A DNA stretch of 27,545 nucleotides from a virus (taxonomy: Duplodnaviria > Caudoviricetes), in IMG/VR virus record IMGVR_UViG_3300025687_000247, positions 1 through 27,545 of that record; one strand, given 5' to 3'. Below the pieces are notes generated by a model. The model made no database searches. It was not told the origin of the DNA and worked only from the letters and a program-made list of their open reading frames with translations. The position numbers were made by a program, and so were the translations under genes. This document shows, piece by piece, positions 7,750 to 16,941 of the stretch; position 1 is the first letter of the stretch; each line of letters starts with the position of its first letter.

Positions 7750-8007
7750 ATGAAAGACTCAAGACTAACTCGTGCTGGTGTATCTGGCTACAACAAACCT
7801 AAGAAGACGCCAAGTCATCCGACCAAAAGTCACGTAGTTGTGGCTAAAGATGGTGATCAAGTTAAGACTATTCGGTTTGGACAACAGGGAGTCTCAGGTA
7901 GTCCTGAGGGTTCTGCACGGAACAAATCGTTTAAGGCTCGACATGCCAAGAACATTGCTAAAGGCAAGATGAGTGCTGCTTATTGGGCAGACAAAGTAAA
8001 ATGGTAA
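7750..8007 (+). CDS. Basic conserved phage hypothetical protein
   Basis: ATG 7750; KTIRFGQQG...SFKARH...SAAYWADKVKW motif. Confidence 0.75.
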   Translation: MKDSRLTRAGVSGYNKPKKTPSHPTKSHVVVAKDGDQVKTIRFGQQGVSGSPEGSARNKSFKARHAKNIAKGKMSAAYWADKVKW

Positions 8008-8015
8008 AAAAGTAC

Positions 8016-8044
8016 TTGACAAAAAGACAAAAATATGGTATACT
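8016..8044 (+). promoter_or_regulatory. sigma70 promoter with extended -10
   Basis: TTGACA (8016-8021), 17-bp spacer ending TGG, TATACT (8039-8044); A-rich upstream; intergenic. Confidence 0.85.
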
Positions 8045-8118
8045 ATATACATTAGTATACTTAGGTTAAAGTACTTAGTATTTAAACATAAAGATAATAA
8101 ACCTTAGGAGTACTTAAG

Positions 8119-8289
8119 ATGCCGCTTAAGAAGGGTAGTAGCAATAAGACAGTCAGTGAGAATATTCGTAAAGAAGTAAAGGCTGGCAAACCACAGAAGC
8201 AGGCAATTGCCATTGCAATGTCTAAAGCAGGCCGTAGTCTTCCTAAGAGAAACATGAGAGCTAAGAAAAATGAAGCACACCGTAGGTAA
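8119..8289 (+). CDS. Small basic protein, 56 aa (not in ORF track)
   Basis: AGGAG RBS; [56 protein letters not shown], a pattern common in phage structural regions. Confidence 0.8.
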   Translation: MPLKKGSSNKTVSENIRKEVKAGKPQKQAIAIAMSKAGRSLPKRNMRAKKNEAHRR

Positions 8290-8620
8290 GACACTAACTG
8301 CCGGAGCAGCAAACACACTGTTCACTGTGCCTAATGGTTTTAAGGCTGAGGTGACACTGTTGTTTATTTCCAACGCCACAGGAAACAACAAACTGGTTAG
8401 TGCTTATTGGCAGCATGCTCATGATGCTAGTCATCAGATCAAGATTATTGACAACTACTTACTGGCTGCAACTGAGTTTATCAAGTTTGATGGTTCTAGT
8501 ATCATCATGCAAAGTGGAGATTCTATTGTTATTACCACAGAGGCTGGTAGTTCTATGAGCGGTATAGCTACTTTTAACTTATACAAAGAAGCGGCTACAT
8601 ACGCTTTTGACGGAGAATAA
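8270..8620 (+). CDS. Beta-rich hypothetical (probably virion) protein
   Basis: TLFTVP...LFISN...MQSGDSI beta-sandwich-like pattern; co-directional with the arm. Confidence 0.7.
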   Translation: MKHTVGKTLTAGAANTLFTVPNGFKAEVTLLFISNATGNNKLVSAYWQHAHDASHQIKIIDNYLLAATEFIKFDGSSIIMQSGDSIVITTEAGSSMSGIATFNLYKEAATYAFDGE

Positions 8621-8621
8621 G

Positions 8622-9275
8622 ATGGCTCAGACAAGCTATGAAGAGTATTTAGCTGGAATCATGGGTAACATGCAACCCGGACGAGGAATGCTTTCTCCGG
8701 CTCCTATGGCTATGCCTGACATCTCAGCTATTCAGTCTGCAGTGCAGAATGTTGGCAATGTTAACCAAGGGTATGTCGCTCCTGCTCGTACTGACCTTGC
8801 TAAGTTTCGTACGGACTTTGAAGAAGGTCGTCGAGCTGTTGCTGAAGACATCTTAGCGCAATCTTTAGGTGTTGCTCCTACAGGTGGAATGATGTCTGGT
8901 GGTGACCGTGCTGTAGAACTAACAGACGCACAGAAAGCTTACTTTGACATTGAGACTCCTGCTGAACGTGACTTTAGGATGCAACAACTACAACGTTCTG
9001 TTACTCCCGGGTGGTTACAAGCTGTCTTAGGTATCGGTGCTCCTGTCCTCTCAGGTTTGCCTAACTACAATATCCGTAGTGAAGAAGTAAAACGAGCACT
9101 TGCTAGAGAAAAAGCTGCTTACGATAATGCCATGGCTTCTTCTAATATAAGCTGGGATTCAAACGCATATGGCGGTGGAGGTGGCTATGTTAACTCAGAA
9201 GGCAACGCTCCCGGCGCATCTCCCGGTGAAGTAGGCAATGCTTCTTTTTCTGGTGATGTAGGCTACGATCAATAA
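8622..9275 (+). CDS. Hypothetical protein, low complexity, Gly/acidic C-terminus
   Basis: GGAG RBS then ATG 8622 (MAQTSYEEY). Confidence 0.7.
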   Translation: MAQTSYEEYLAGIMGNMQPGRGMLSPAPMAMPDISAIQSAVQNVGNVNQGYVAPARTDLAKFRTDFEEGRRAVAEDILAQSLGVAPTGGMMSGGDRAVELTDAQKAYFDIETPAERDFRMQQLQRSVTPGWLQAVLGIGAPVLSGLPNYNIRSEEVKRALAREKAAYDNAMASSNISWDSNAYGGGGGYVNSEGNAPGASPGEVGNASFSGDVGYDQ

Positions 9276-9286
9276 CAGGATAACAA

Positions 9287-9946
9287 ATGACATACATTCA
9301 ATTAGTAAACTCTGTTCTCCGACGACTCCGGGAAAGTGAAGTAACCACTGTACAAGGCGCTGGTAACTCTAATGCTTATGCCCGACTAATTGGTGACTTT
9401 GTAAACGAAGCTAAGAGTCAAGTCGAAAATGCTTGGAAGTGGAGTGCCTTACGCCGTACATTAACAGCAACTACTGTTGATGGTACTTTTAACTATGAGC
9501 TTCAAGGAAGTAAAAATAACTTCCAAGTGCTTAGTGTCTTAAACGACACAAGTGACATTGTCATGTTATACAAGGACGCTGACTGGTTTAACGAAGCTTT
9601 CTTGTTGACAAACCCACAGCGTGGTATTCCTACGTTCTATAACTTTAACGGTGTTAGTGCTGACGGTGATACTCAGGTAGACATCTATCCAATTCCTGAT
9701 GGTGCCTACACACTTCGGTTTAACGTGGTGTTGCGTAACGTGCCTTTGTCAGGTGACTCTGACCCCATGGAAATCCCATCTCGTCCTGTTATCCTTCTAG
9801 CCACAGCGATGGCAATTGAGGAACGTGGTGAAGATGGTGGACAACAAAGCATGAATGCTTATGCTGCTGCTCAGTCTGCTTTAGCTGATGCGGTGGCTCT
9901 GGATGCTGGTCGTCACCCCGAAGAAACTGTTTGGTATAGTGTATGA
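9287..9946 (+). CDS. Head-tail adaptor / tail tubular protein A-like
   Basis: MTYIQLVNSVLRRLRE, W-x-W-x-x-L, IYPIPD motifs; precedes nozzle gene. Confidence 0.75.
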   Translation: MTYIQLVNSVLRRLRESEVTTVQGAGNSNAYARLIGDFVNEAKSQVENAWKWSALRRTLTATTVDGTFNYELQGSKNNFQVLSVLNDTSDIVMLYKDADWFNEAFLLTNPQRGIPTFYNFNGVSADGDTQVDIYPIPDGAYTLRFNVVLRNVPLSGDSDPMEIPSRPVILLATAMAIEERGEDGGQQSMNAYAAAQSALADAVALDAGRHPEETVWYSV

Positions 9947-11496
9947 AACAGATTGAAACACTTTCTATTGTTGCCCCCGGTTTCTTCGGTCTAAACACTC
10001 AAGAAAGTGGTGTTACTATCTCCCCTAACTTTGCTCAATTAACAGACAACGTTATTATTGACAAGTACGGCCGCCTAGGTGCTCGTAAGGGTTGGGTGAT
10101 GCAGACCACTTCAGGTTCTTCTGCCCTCTCTGGTAATCCTGTGCGCTTCATGATGGAGCATGTGAACGCTGATGACAGTACGGAGGTTATCTCTGCTGGT
10201 AATAACAAACTGTTTGCTGGGGGTATTGGTGCTGCTTTAACAGACATTACTCCAGCTCTTTACACGATTACAGATAACGATTGGAACGGTGCTTCACTGA
10301 ATGACACCGCCCTGCTGGTTCAATCGGGCCATGAGCCAATTGTTTATAGTGAGGCAGGGTCACCCCTAGCCAAGACAATTACAGACGCTACAGGGTTGTC
10401 TCAGAACTTTGGAGTGGCATATCCTAGTGGAGTTATTGCTGCTTGGGGTCGCTACTGGGTTCATGACAAAGATTACATCTACTGGTCAACAGACATTGCT
10501 GACAGTGATTTCCCTGCCTTCAATGGTGGTTCTAGTGGCTTCTTGAATATTGCCTCTATCCTTCCAGATAATGCGGATGACATTGAGGCTATTGCTACTC
10601 ATAACAATTTCCTAATCATCTTCTGTAAGCATAACATTGTTATCTATCAGGGTGCAGAGAACCCCATTAGTACAAACTTTGGTTTACAGGATGTTATTGT
10701 CGGTGTAGGCTGTATTGCTAAACGTAGTGTACAGAACACAGGTAATGACCTAATCTTCTTGTCTGACACTGGTATTCGTTCGTTGGGTCGGGTTATTCAA
10801 GAAAAGTCCTTGCCTATGCGGGATTTGACCAAAAATGTCCGTGATGACTTTATTAAGGATGTTATTGCTGAAAACGCTGCTTATGGTAGTTTAGATAAAG
10901 TAAGCAGTGCTTATTCAGAGATTAACGCCTTCTACCTTATATCTTTTCCTGCAACCTCGACTGTCTACTGTTTAGACATGAGAAGTCCTTTGGAAGATGG
11001 TGCAGCTCGTGTCACAGTGTGGTATGAGTACCCTGCCTATTCTTTCTTACGTTTGCGTAACAGGGACTTGTTAGTTGGCAAGGTAAACGGTATTGGTAAG
11101 TATAGTGGGTATTCAGATAATAATGAAAGCTTCCGGCTTCGTTACTTCTCTCACTATGTAGACTTTAACAGCCCAACGACAAACAAAATTCTTAAGCAGA
11201 TTGGTGTTACTGTTCTAGGAGGTTCTAACCAACAGTTTACAATTAAGGTTGGTGTGGATTACGAAGCAGCATACCGCTCCTATCCTTTTGTTATTCAGGT
11301 GGGTAATGTCTTTGAGTATGGTGTCTCTGAATATAACATAGCTGAGTTTAATGCTGGTGTTGTGTTAGATAAAATTAAAAGTAGCGTTGGTGGTGCTGGT
11401 ACTTCTATCCAAATTGGCTTTGAGGCTGATGTTAATGGATCAGAATTGTCAGTGCAGAAGATTGACGCATTTGTTAAAACTGGAAGGATTGGCTAA
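9943..11496 (+). CDS. Tail nozzle / tail tubular protein B-like (beta-propeller)
   Basis: GFFGLNT, GRLGARKG, GVGCIA...DLIFLSDTGIRSL; size and synteny. Confidence 0.75.
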   Translation: MKQIETLSIVAPGFFGLNTQESGVTISPNFAQLTDNVIIDKYGRLGARKGWVMQTTSGSSALSGNPVRFMMEHVNADDSTEVISAGNNKLFAGGIGAALTDITPALYTITDNDWNGASLNDTALLVQSGHEPIVYSEAGSPLAKTITDATGLSQNFGVAYPSGVIAAWGRYWVHDKDYIYWSTDIADSDFPAFNGGSSGFLNIASILPDNADDIEAIATHNNFLIIFCKHNIVIYQGAENPISTNFGLQDVIVGVGCIAKRSVQNTGNDLIFLSDTGIRSLGRVIQEKSLPMRDLTKNVRDDFIKDVIAENAAYGSLDKVSSAYSEINAFYLISFPATSTVYCLDMRSPLEDGAARVTVWYEYPAYSFLRLRNRDLLVGKVNGIGKYSGYSDNNESFRLRYFSHYVDFNSPTTNKILKQIGVTVLGGSNQQFTIKVGVDYEAAYRSYPFVIQVGNVFEYGVSEYNIAEFNAGVVLDKIKSSVGGAGTSIQIGFEADVNGSELSVQKIDAFVKTGRIG

Positions 11497-12416
11497 TGGC
11501 TCAATATGTAAAAGCTACAAACTTTGCGAGTAAGGATGCGTTACTCTCAGGCGACCCCAACAAGATTGTTAAGGGTGCTGAGGTTGATGATGAGTTTAAC
11601 AACATTCAAACAGCAGTGAACAGTAAGGCTGATACCCTTAGCCCAACACTGACTGGTACTCCTTTGGCTCCTACGGCAACTGCTGGCACTAACACCACAC
11701 AGGTGGCTACTACTTCTTTTGTTAAAACAGCAGTAGATAACGCTACAGGTTCTCTAGGAACAATGAGCACCCAGAATGCAGCTTCTGTGGCTATTACTGG
11801 TGGCGCTATTTCTGGAATTACTGACTTAGCCGTGGCTGATGGAGGTACTGGTGCTTCTACTGCTGCTAATGCTCGTACTAACTTAGGTGCAGCAGCTATT
11901 GATTCTCCAGCTTTCACAGGTACACCAACAGCCCCTACTGCTTCATTTGGAACAAGCACAACACAAATTGCTACCACAGCTTTTGTGCAAGCAAATATTT
12001 CAGGTGCTTACCCTGTGGGTTCTATCTATATTAACGCATCAAACGCAACTAACCCCGCAACCTTACTAGGTTTTGGCACTTGGGTTGCTTTTGGTGCTGG
12101 TAAGGTAATGGTTGGTTTTGATGCCGCTGACCCTTCGTTTGCTACAGCAGAGGGAACTGGTGGTAGTAAAGATGCTGTTGTTGTCAGTCACACTCACAGC
12201 ATAACAGACCCCGGTCACGTTCACAGTGGTGTTCCTATTGTCAACAGGGATATTTTTGATGGTGGTCCTTTTAATTATAATGCTGACTTTTATGACCAGT
12301 ATCAAAACACTAATACAGCAACTACTGGTATTAGTATTAACTCAACAGGCTCCAGCGGCACTAATGCTAACTTACAGCCATACATAACAGTCTATATGTG
12401 GAAGCGTACAGCATGA
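11496..12416 (+). CDS. Short tail fibre with T4 gp10 C-terminal-like domain
   Basis: Two SPxxTGTPxAPTAxxGTxTTQxATTxFV repeats; YPVGSIY...GTW...NLQPYITVYMWKRTA. Confidence 0.8.
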   Translation: MAQYVKATNFASKDALLSGDPNKIVKGAEVDDEFNNIQTAVNSKADTLSPTLTGTPLAPTATAGTNTTQVATTSFVKTAVDNATGSLGTMSTQNAASVAITGGAISGITDLAVADGGTGASTAANARTNLGAAAIDSPAFTGTPTAPTASFGTSTTQIATTAFVQANISGAYPVGSIYINASNATNPATLLGFGTWVAFGAGKVMVGFDAADPSFATAEGTGGSKDAVVVSHTHSITDPGHVHSGVPIVNRDIFDGGPFNYNADFYDQYQNTNTATTGISINSTGSSGTNANLQPYITVYMWKRTA

Positions 12417-12718
12417 TAGACATTGTGCATCATTTTTCTGATGGGTTGTATGCTAAGGAAACATTTATCCCTTACGATACCTTTTTAATGCAACATAAGC
12501 ACACATACGCCCATATGTCAATATTAGCTAAAGGGCGTGTATTGGTTAAAGTAGATGATGATGTTACAGAGCATGAAGCACCAGCTTGTATAAATATAGA
12601 GGCTAACAAACACCATAGTGTAAAGGCACTAGAAGACAGTATTTGGTACTGTATTCACGCAACGGAAGAAAAAAACATTGATAAGATCGACGAAGTGTTG
12701 ATCGCCAAAGGAGAGTAA
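12413..12718 (+). CDS. Cupin-fold protein
   Basis: ATGA overlap at 12413; HKHTYAHMSILAKG and a distal KHH, cupin His motifs. Confidence 0.7.
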   Translation: MIDIVHHFSDGLYAKETFIPYDTFLMQHKHTYAHMSILAKGRVLVKVDDDVTEHEAPACINIEANKHHSVKALEDSIWYCIHATEEKNIDKIDEVLIAKGE

Positions 12719-12719
12719 T

Positions 12720-14006
12720 ATGGCATGGATGGCACCAGTAGCAGGAGCTGTAATAGGCGGCTTATTCCAAAGTAATGCCGCTAGTAAAGCGGCGGGAGCA
12801 CAACAAGCTGCTGACGCTGCACGTTTAGCTGAAGAGAAACGAGTACGTGAGCAACTTCGGTTAGACACGGAAACCCAACGTGCAGTAGCAGACCAAGCGT
12901 TTGCTGACTACAATGCGGGACTTATCTCCTATGCCGAAGCACAACAAAAAGCTGCTCAGGCAATGGGACAGGTTCAAAGCTCCATTGGTCAGAGTCAACT
13001 TTCTGATACCGCTAAAGCGATGGAATTGGCTAAGTTTCAGCCATACTCAATCCGCACAGGTACGGGTTCTACCTTCTTCGACCAAGGCACAGGACAGGCT
13101 GGTTTCGCATTGTCACCTGAGACCTATGGTTATCAGCAGGACCTCTACAGGAAGGCTGGTGAGGCTGCTGGGGCTATTCAGGCAGACCCCACAGCTGCTG
13201 CTGCTCAATATGTAGCTCAACAGCAAGGTCTCCTGCAGCCCGGACGACAAGCAGAGGACATTGCCTTACGTAATCAACAACTCAGTCGTGGTCGTATTGG
13301 TATGGGCATCTCTGGTGAAGCTGCTGGCGCTGGCGCTGGCGGTATGGTTAACCCAGAGCAATTCTCTCGTGACCGTGCTCGTGCCCTAGCAGATGCTCAG
13401 ATTGCAGCACAAGGTACTCAGGCTGGACAAGCACAACAAATGAATCAGCTAAATTTAGCTAGTGGTTTGTTTGGTGCTGGTTTGCGTCCTGAAGAATCAG
13501 GTCTTAACATGCTTACTCAAGGTTCTAACATCGGTAGTCTGGCTCAGGGTGCTGGTCAAGCTCAAGCTAACCTCTACGGCTCTGGTATGGCTAATGTGTA
13601 CAATAGTATGCTTGGCGCTGCTGGAAGAGCTCAAGAAGCTGCTCAGTATATTCCCCAAGCTAATCTCACAGGTGCTCAAGAAGCTTACAACCGTCAGCAG
13701 ACTTACTTGGGTAGTCTGCAAGGAAATATGCTGCCATATCAATCAATGACAATGCCACAGGCGACAGTGCCGGGTAGTGCATACATGATGGCTGGTTTGG
13801 GTAGCGGTTTGATGAACGCTGGTATGCAGGGTATTAACCGAATGATTAACCCCATTCAACCAACAACCCAAGCAGCTACAGGAGCTTCCTTAGGTGGTGG
13901 TTTACAACCTTCTGGCATGTTAACAGGGGGTTCTTTTGTACCGGGCATGCCTGTTGATTACAGATTAAGCACAGTACCGGGTGCAAGCTTTGGTGGTCTT
14001 CGATAA
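12720..14006 (+). CDS. Internal virion / DNA ejection protein 1
   Basis: Gly/Ala hydrophobic N-terminus VAGAVIGGLF followed by Gln/Ala-rich helices as in P22 gp7-type pilot proteins; synteny. Confidence 0.65.
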   Translation: MAWMAPVAGAVIGGLFQSNAASKAAGAQQAADAARLAEEKRVREQLRLDTETQRAVADQAFADYNAGLISYAEAQQKAAQAMGQVQSSIGQSQLSDTAKAMELAKFQPYSIRTGTGSTFFDQGTGQAGFALSPETYGYQQDLYRKAGEAAGAIQADPTAAAAQYVAQQQGLLQPGRQAEDIALRNQQLSRGRIGMGISGEAAGAGAGGMVNPEQFSRDRARALADAQIAAQGTQAGQAQQMNQLNLASGLFGAGLRPEESGLNMLTQGSNIGSLAQGAGQAQANLYGSGMANVYNSMLGAAGRAQEAAQYIPQANLTGAQEAYNRQQTYLGSLQGNMLPYQSMTMPQATVPGSAYMMAGLGSGLMNAGMQGINRMINPIQPTTQAATGASLGGGLQPSGMLTGGSFVPGMPVDYRLSTVPGASFGGLR

Positions 14007-14023
14007 TTTTAACAGGAGCGACA

Positions 14024-15385
14024 ATGGCTACAAGTATTTTAAGTCTCTTCGGTAACGAAGTTGATCCCTTTGCACAACAGCAACAAGCCTTTCAGCAGCG
14101 ACTGTCACAAGCGACTGACCCTCGAGCATTCATAGCAACCGTAGGTTCTAACCTAGGTGGTCAGCTGGGCGGTATTGCGTCAAACCTTCTTGGTGGTCCC
14201 TCACGTGAACAAAAGATTCAGAAGATTTATCAAGCCGTAGGGAACATCTCAGACCCCCTAGGACAGGCTCAGGAAGCTTATCGTTTGTTCCAACAGGAAG
14301 GCATGCCAAAAGAAGCCCAAATGGTCCTTGAGTCCATCCGTGAGTTGCAGAAGGAAGCAGATGCAAATACAAGAGAAGCGGCTAAACTTAAAGCCAGAGA
14401 AACACTTGCTTCATCTCTTAGTACTTTAGACCCAACAAATCCAGATGACCAGTTAAAGCTAGCTACATTAGCTGCACAAGCTGGTGAAGGTGCTATGGCA
14501 GGCAATGCGTTCACTACTGCTGGCACACTAAAGAAAACTAAAGCAGAACTGGCAGCGGAAACTGAATCAGCTAAAAATAGAACCAAAGCTGTTAAAGGAA
14601 TTAAAAAAGATATACCCCCAGAAGTTGCAGATATGATAGGAGCTGATAAAGCAATATTTGCTAAGTTCGTAGATGCAACTCTCTTAGCTAAAGATGAGAA
14701 AAATAAAACTGAAATTAAAACAGTAGGAGAAAGAGTACAACTTATTACATATAATCCTACTAACGGTAATGTTGTCCGTACTCAAGATTTGGGAGCAGCT
14801 CCAAAACCAGCTAAGAATGTAATTACGATTGATCAAAGAGGTCAAGGCAAGTATGCAGAAACTGTAGGTGCTAAAACTGCCGAAGAAGATGTTGCTTTTG
14901 TTAGTACAGTAGAGAAAGCAGCTGATACTTTACCAAAGATCAATGAAACACTAAAACTACTTAAGACAGGCGATATAACAACAGGTTTTGGTGCTGAATT
15001 TCTCTTAAACGTGAATCGTGTGCGTTCTCAGCTAATGGCAGACAAAAAAGCAGGGAAAACCGTAACCGATACACAAGTATTAGACGCAATGTTGGGTTCT
15101 GAAGTGTTCCCAATGATTGATGCTCTTGGTATTGGTGCTCGTGGCTTGGACACACCAGCTGAACGTGAGTTCTTACGTGGTGTCTTTACAGGTACCATTC
15201 AAATGAATAAGGAGACATTGGTTAGACTTACCGAAATTCGTAAGAATGTTGCAGAACGAGCAGTATCAAAGTTTAATAAACGTTTGGGCGAAGGCTACTT
15301 TAAAAAATATGAGGAAGCTCTAGGCCGCAATCTAAAACCTATAGAACTTCCTGCCCAAGAACCCACTGTCTCCAACTGGGAGTAA
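14024..15385 (+). CDS. Internal virion / DNA ejection protein 2
   Basis: AGGAG RBS; helical, Cys-free; synteny. Confidence 0.6.
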   Translation: MATSILSLFGNEVDPFAQQQQAFQQRLSQATDPRAFIATVGSNLGGQLGGIASNLLGGPSREQKIQKIYQAVGNISDPLGQAQEAYRLFQQEGMPKEAQMVLESIRELQKEADANTREAAKLKARETLASSLSTLDPTNPDDQLKLATLAAQAGEGAMAGNAFTTAGTLKKTKAELAAETESAKNRTKAVKGIKKDIPPEVADMIGADKAIFAKFVDATLLAKDEKNKTEIKTVGERVQLITYNPTNGNVVRTQDLGAAPKPAKNVITIDQRGQGKYAETVGAKTAEEDVAFVSTVEKAADTLPKINETLKLLKTGDITTGFGAEFLLNVNRVRSQLMADKKAGKTVTDTQVLDAMLGSEVFPMIDALGIGARGLDTPAEREFLRGVFTGTIQMNKETLVRLTEIRKNVAERAVSKFNKRLGEGYFKKYEEALGRNLKPIELPAQEPTVSNWE

Positions 15386-15387
15386 AC

Positions 15388-16941
15388 ATGCCTAAAAATA
15401 TAACAGTTACGTTTGATGATGGGTCTTCCCACGTTTACCAAAATGCACCGGATACAGTAACGCCTGACGAAGTTGAACAAAGAGCTTCTCAGGAGTTTGG
15501 TAAAAAAGTAGTTAGCATGGATGGTGGAAAACAACCAGAGCCACCCCCGCCCCCTCCAGAACCCATGGGTAACCTTGAGTCTGCTGCCACTCTTGTTGGC
15601 GGCATGCCTGAGCGCATAGGTTCTGCTATGGAAGCTCGTAAGAAGGAAATGGTAGACGTAATGCAGACGCCTAGTCGTTTTCCTTTTGAAAGAGAACTGC
15701 AAATGATAGGCAAGGGGATTGCAGGACCTATGCTAGATATTGCAGGAGAGACTGTTTCTACAGGTGTAGGAGCAGCTGCTGATGTGGCTAATCCTGAGAT
15801 TCGTCGGGGTTTTAATGACTTGATGAATGGCATCACAAACTCTGAGTTTGCTAAACAAGCCATAGACTTTTACATGGCTTTAGACCCCCAAACACGCAGG
15901 ACAGTTGAGTCTGCATTTAACATTGCCAACGTGCTGGCTCCTTTCAAACTCAAAGCAAAGAAGGGTGCTGGTTTCTCAGATACTCTTAAGGAAGGCATGA
16001 CTGTTGTTGACAGGCAGAAAGACCTTAAGCGCACAATGTTAAGGAGAATGTTCCAGTCTGAGCGTTCTAAAGAAAACATTGCATTTGACCTCACCAACGG
16101 TACTGCTGACTTAGACAACATGGTGGATAACCTTTTAGACATTAAGGGTGTTTCTCCTCTGTATGTGCCAGAGCGTAACATGGCTGCTCTCAATAAACAC
16201 ATGAATACTCTTGAGGCACGTATCCAAGGACAGCTGGGTTCTTTTGACAAGACAGGTAGATTTGTTCGTAATGTTAAGAACTCGTTTAACGACCTACTAG
16301 CAGACACCATTAACACATCACCGACACTACGAGAACAGGGTCTTAAGCCAGCAGTTAAAGCTGAGGCTCAAAGGTCAATCATGCGTAAGGTTGATGGTAT
16401 CATTACTAACCTAAAAGAAGCAAAGATAGAACCTAACAGCCTGAAGGGTCTTCTTGAGCTACGCAGAAGGCTTGACAAGGTACTATCTTCTAAAGACTTC
16501 AATAAGCTGTCTGATGTAGACAAGAGCAAGCTGGCTTTGGAAAAGCAGATCGTTATGGATATGCGTGGGAAGATCAACGACACCATTAGTGGTTTTGCAG
16601 AAGAGTTTGCTCCTGAAAACGAAACCATTAAAACACTTTTAAAGAAACAGAGTGCTACTTATGGTGCTACCAATAACTATGTCACTAAATCAGCAAGAAA
16701 TTTAGCTAACTTGACAGAGCAAGGTGCGATTGCGAAGGCTCTTTCTAACCATCCTATTTTGGTCTACAGAGCACTACAGAACCAAGGGGCTTCTCCTACG
16801 GTGGCTGCTATCTTGGCTGCGCCTTCAGCTATTAACCTTGGTGGTGAAGTCTTTGGTGCCGCAAGACGACAACTGTCTGGTGCTAGGGCACCGCTAATCC
16901 GTGGAGGTATGTTTTACGGTCAGGAAGAGGAGCAACGATAA
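15388..16941 (+). CDS. Internal virion / DNA ejection protein 3
   Basis: GGAG RBS; small N-domain, poly-Pro linker, helical body with LLELRRRLD; Cys-free. Confidence 0.6.
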   Translation: MPKNITVTFDDGSSHVYQNAPDTVTPDEVEQRASQEFGKKVVSMDGGKQPEPPPPPPEPMGNLESAATLVGGMPERIGSAMEARKKEMVDVMQTPSRFPFERELQMIGKGIAGPMLDIAGETVSTGVGAAADVANPEIRRGFNDLMNGITNSEFAKQAIDFYMALDPQTRRTVESAFNIANVLAPFKLKAKKGAGFSDTLKEGMTVVDRQKDLKRTMLRRMFQSERSKENIAFDLTNGTADLDNMVDNLLDIKGVSPLYVPERNMAALNKHMNTLEARIQGQLGSFDKTGRFVRNVKNSFNDLLADTINTSPTLREQGLKPAVKAEAQRSIMRKVDGIITNLKEAKIEPNSLKGLLELRRRLDKVLSSKDFNKLSDVDKSKLALEKQIVMDMRGKINDTISGFAEEFAPENETIKTLLKKQSATYGATNNYVTKSARNLANLTEQGAIAKALSNHPILVYRALQNQGASPTVAAILAAPSAINLGGEVFGAARRQLSGARAPLIRGGMFYGQEEEQR

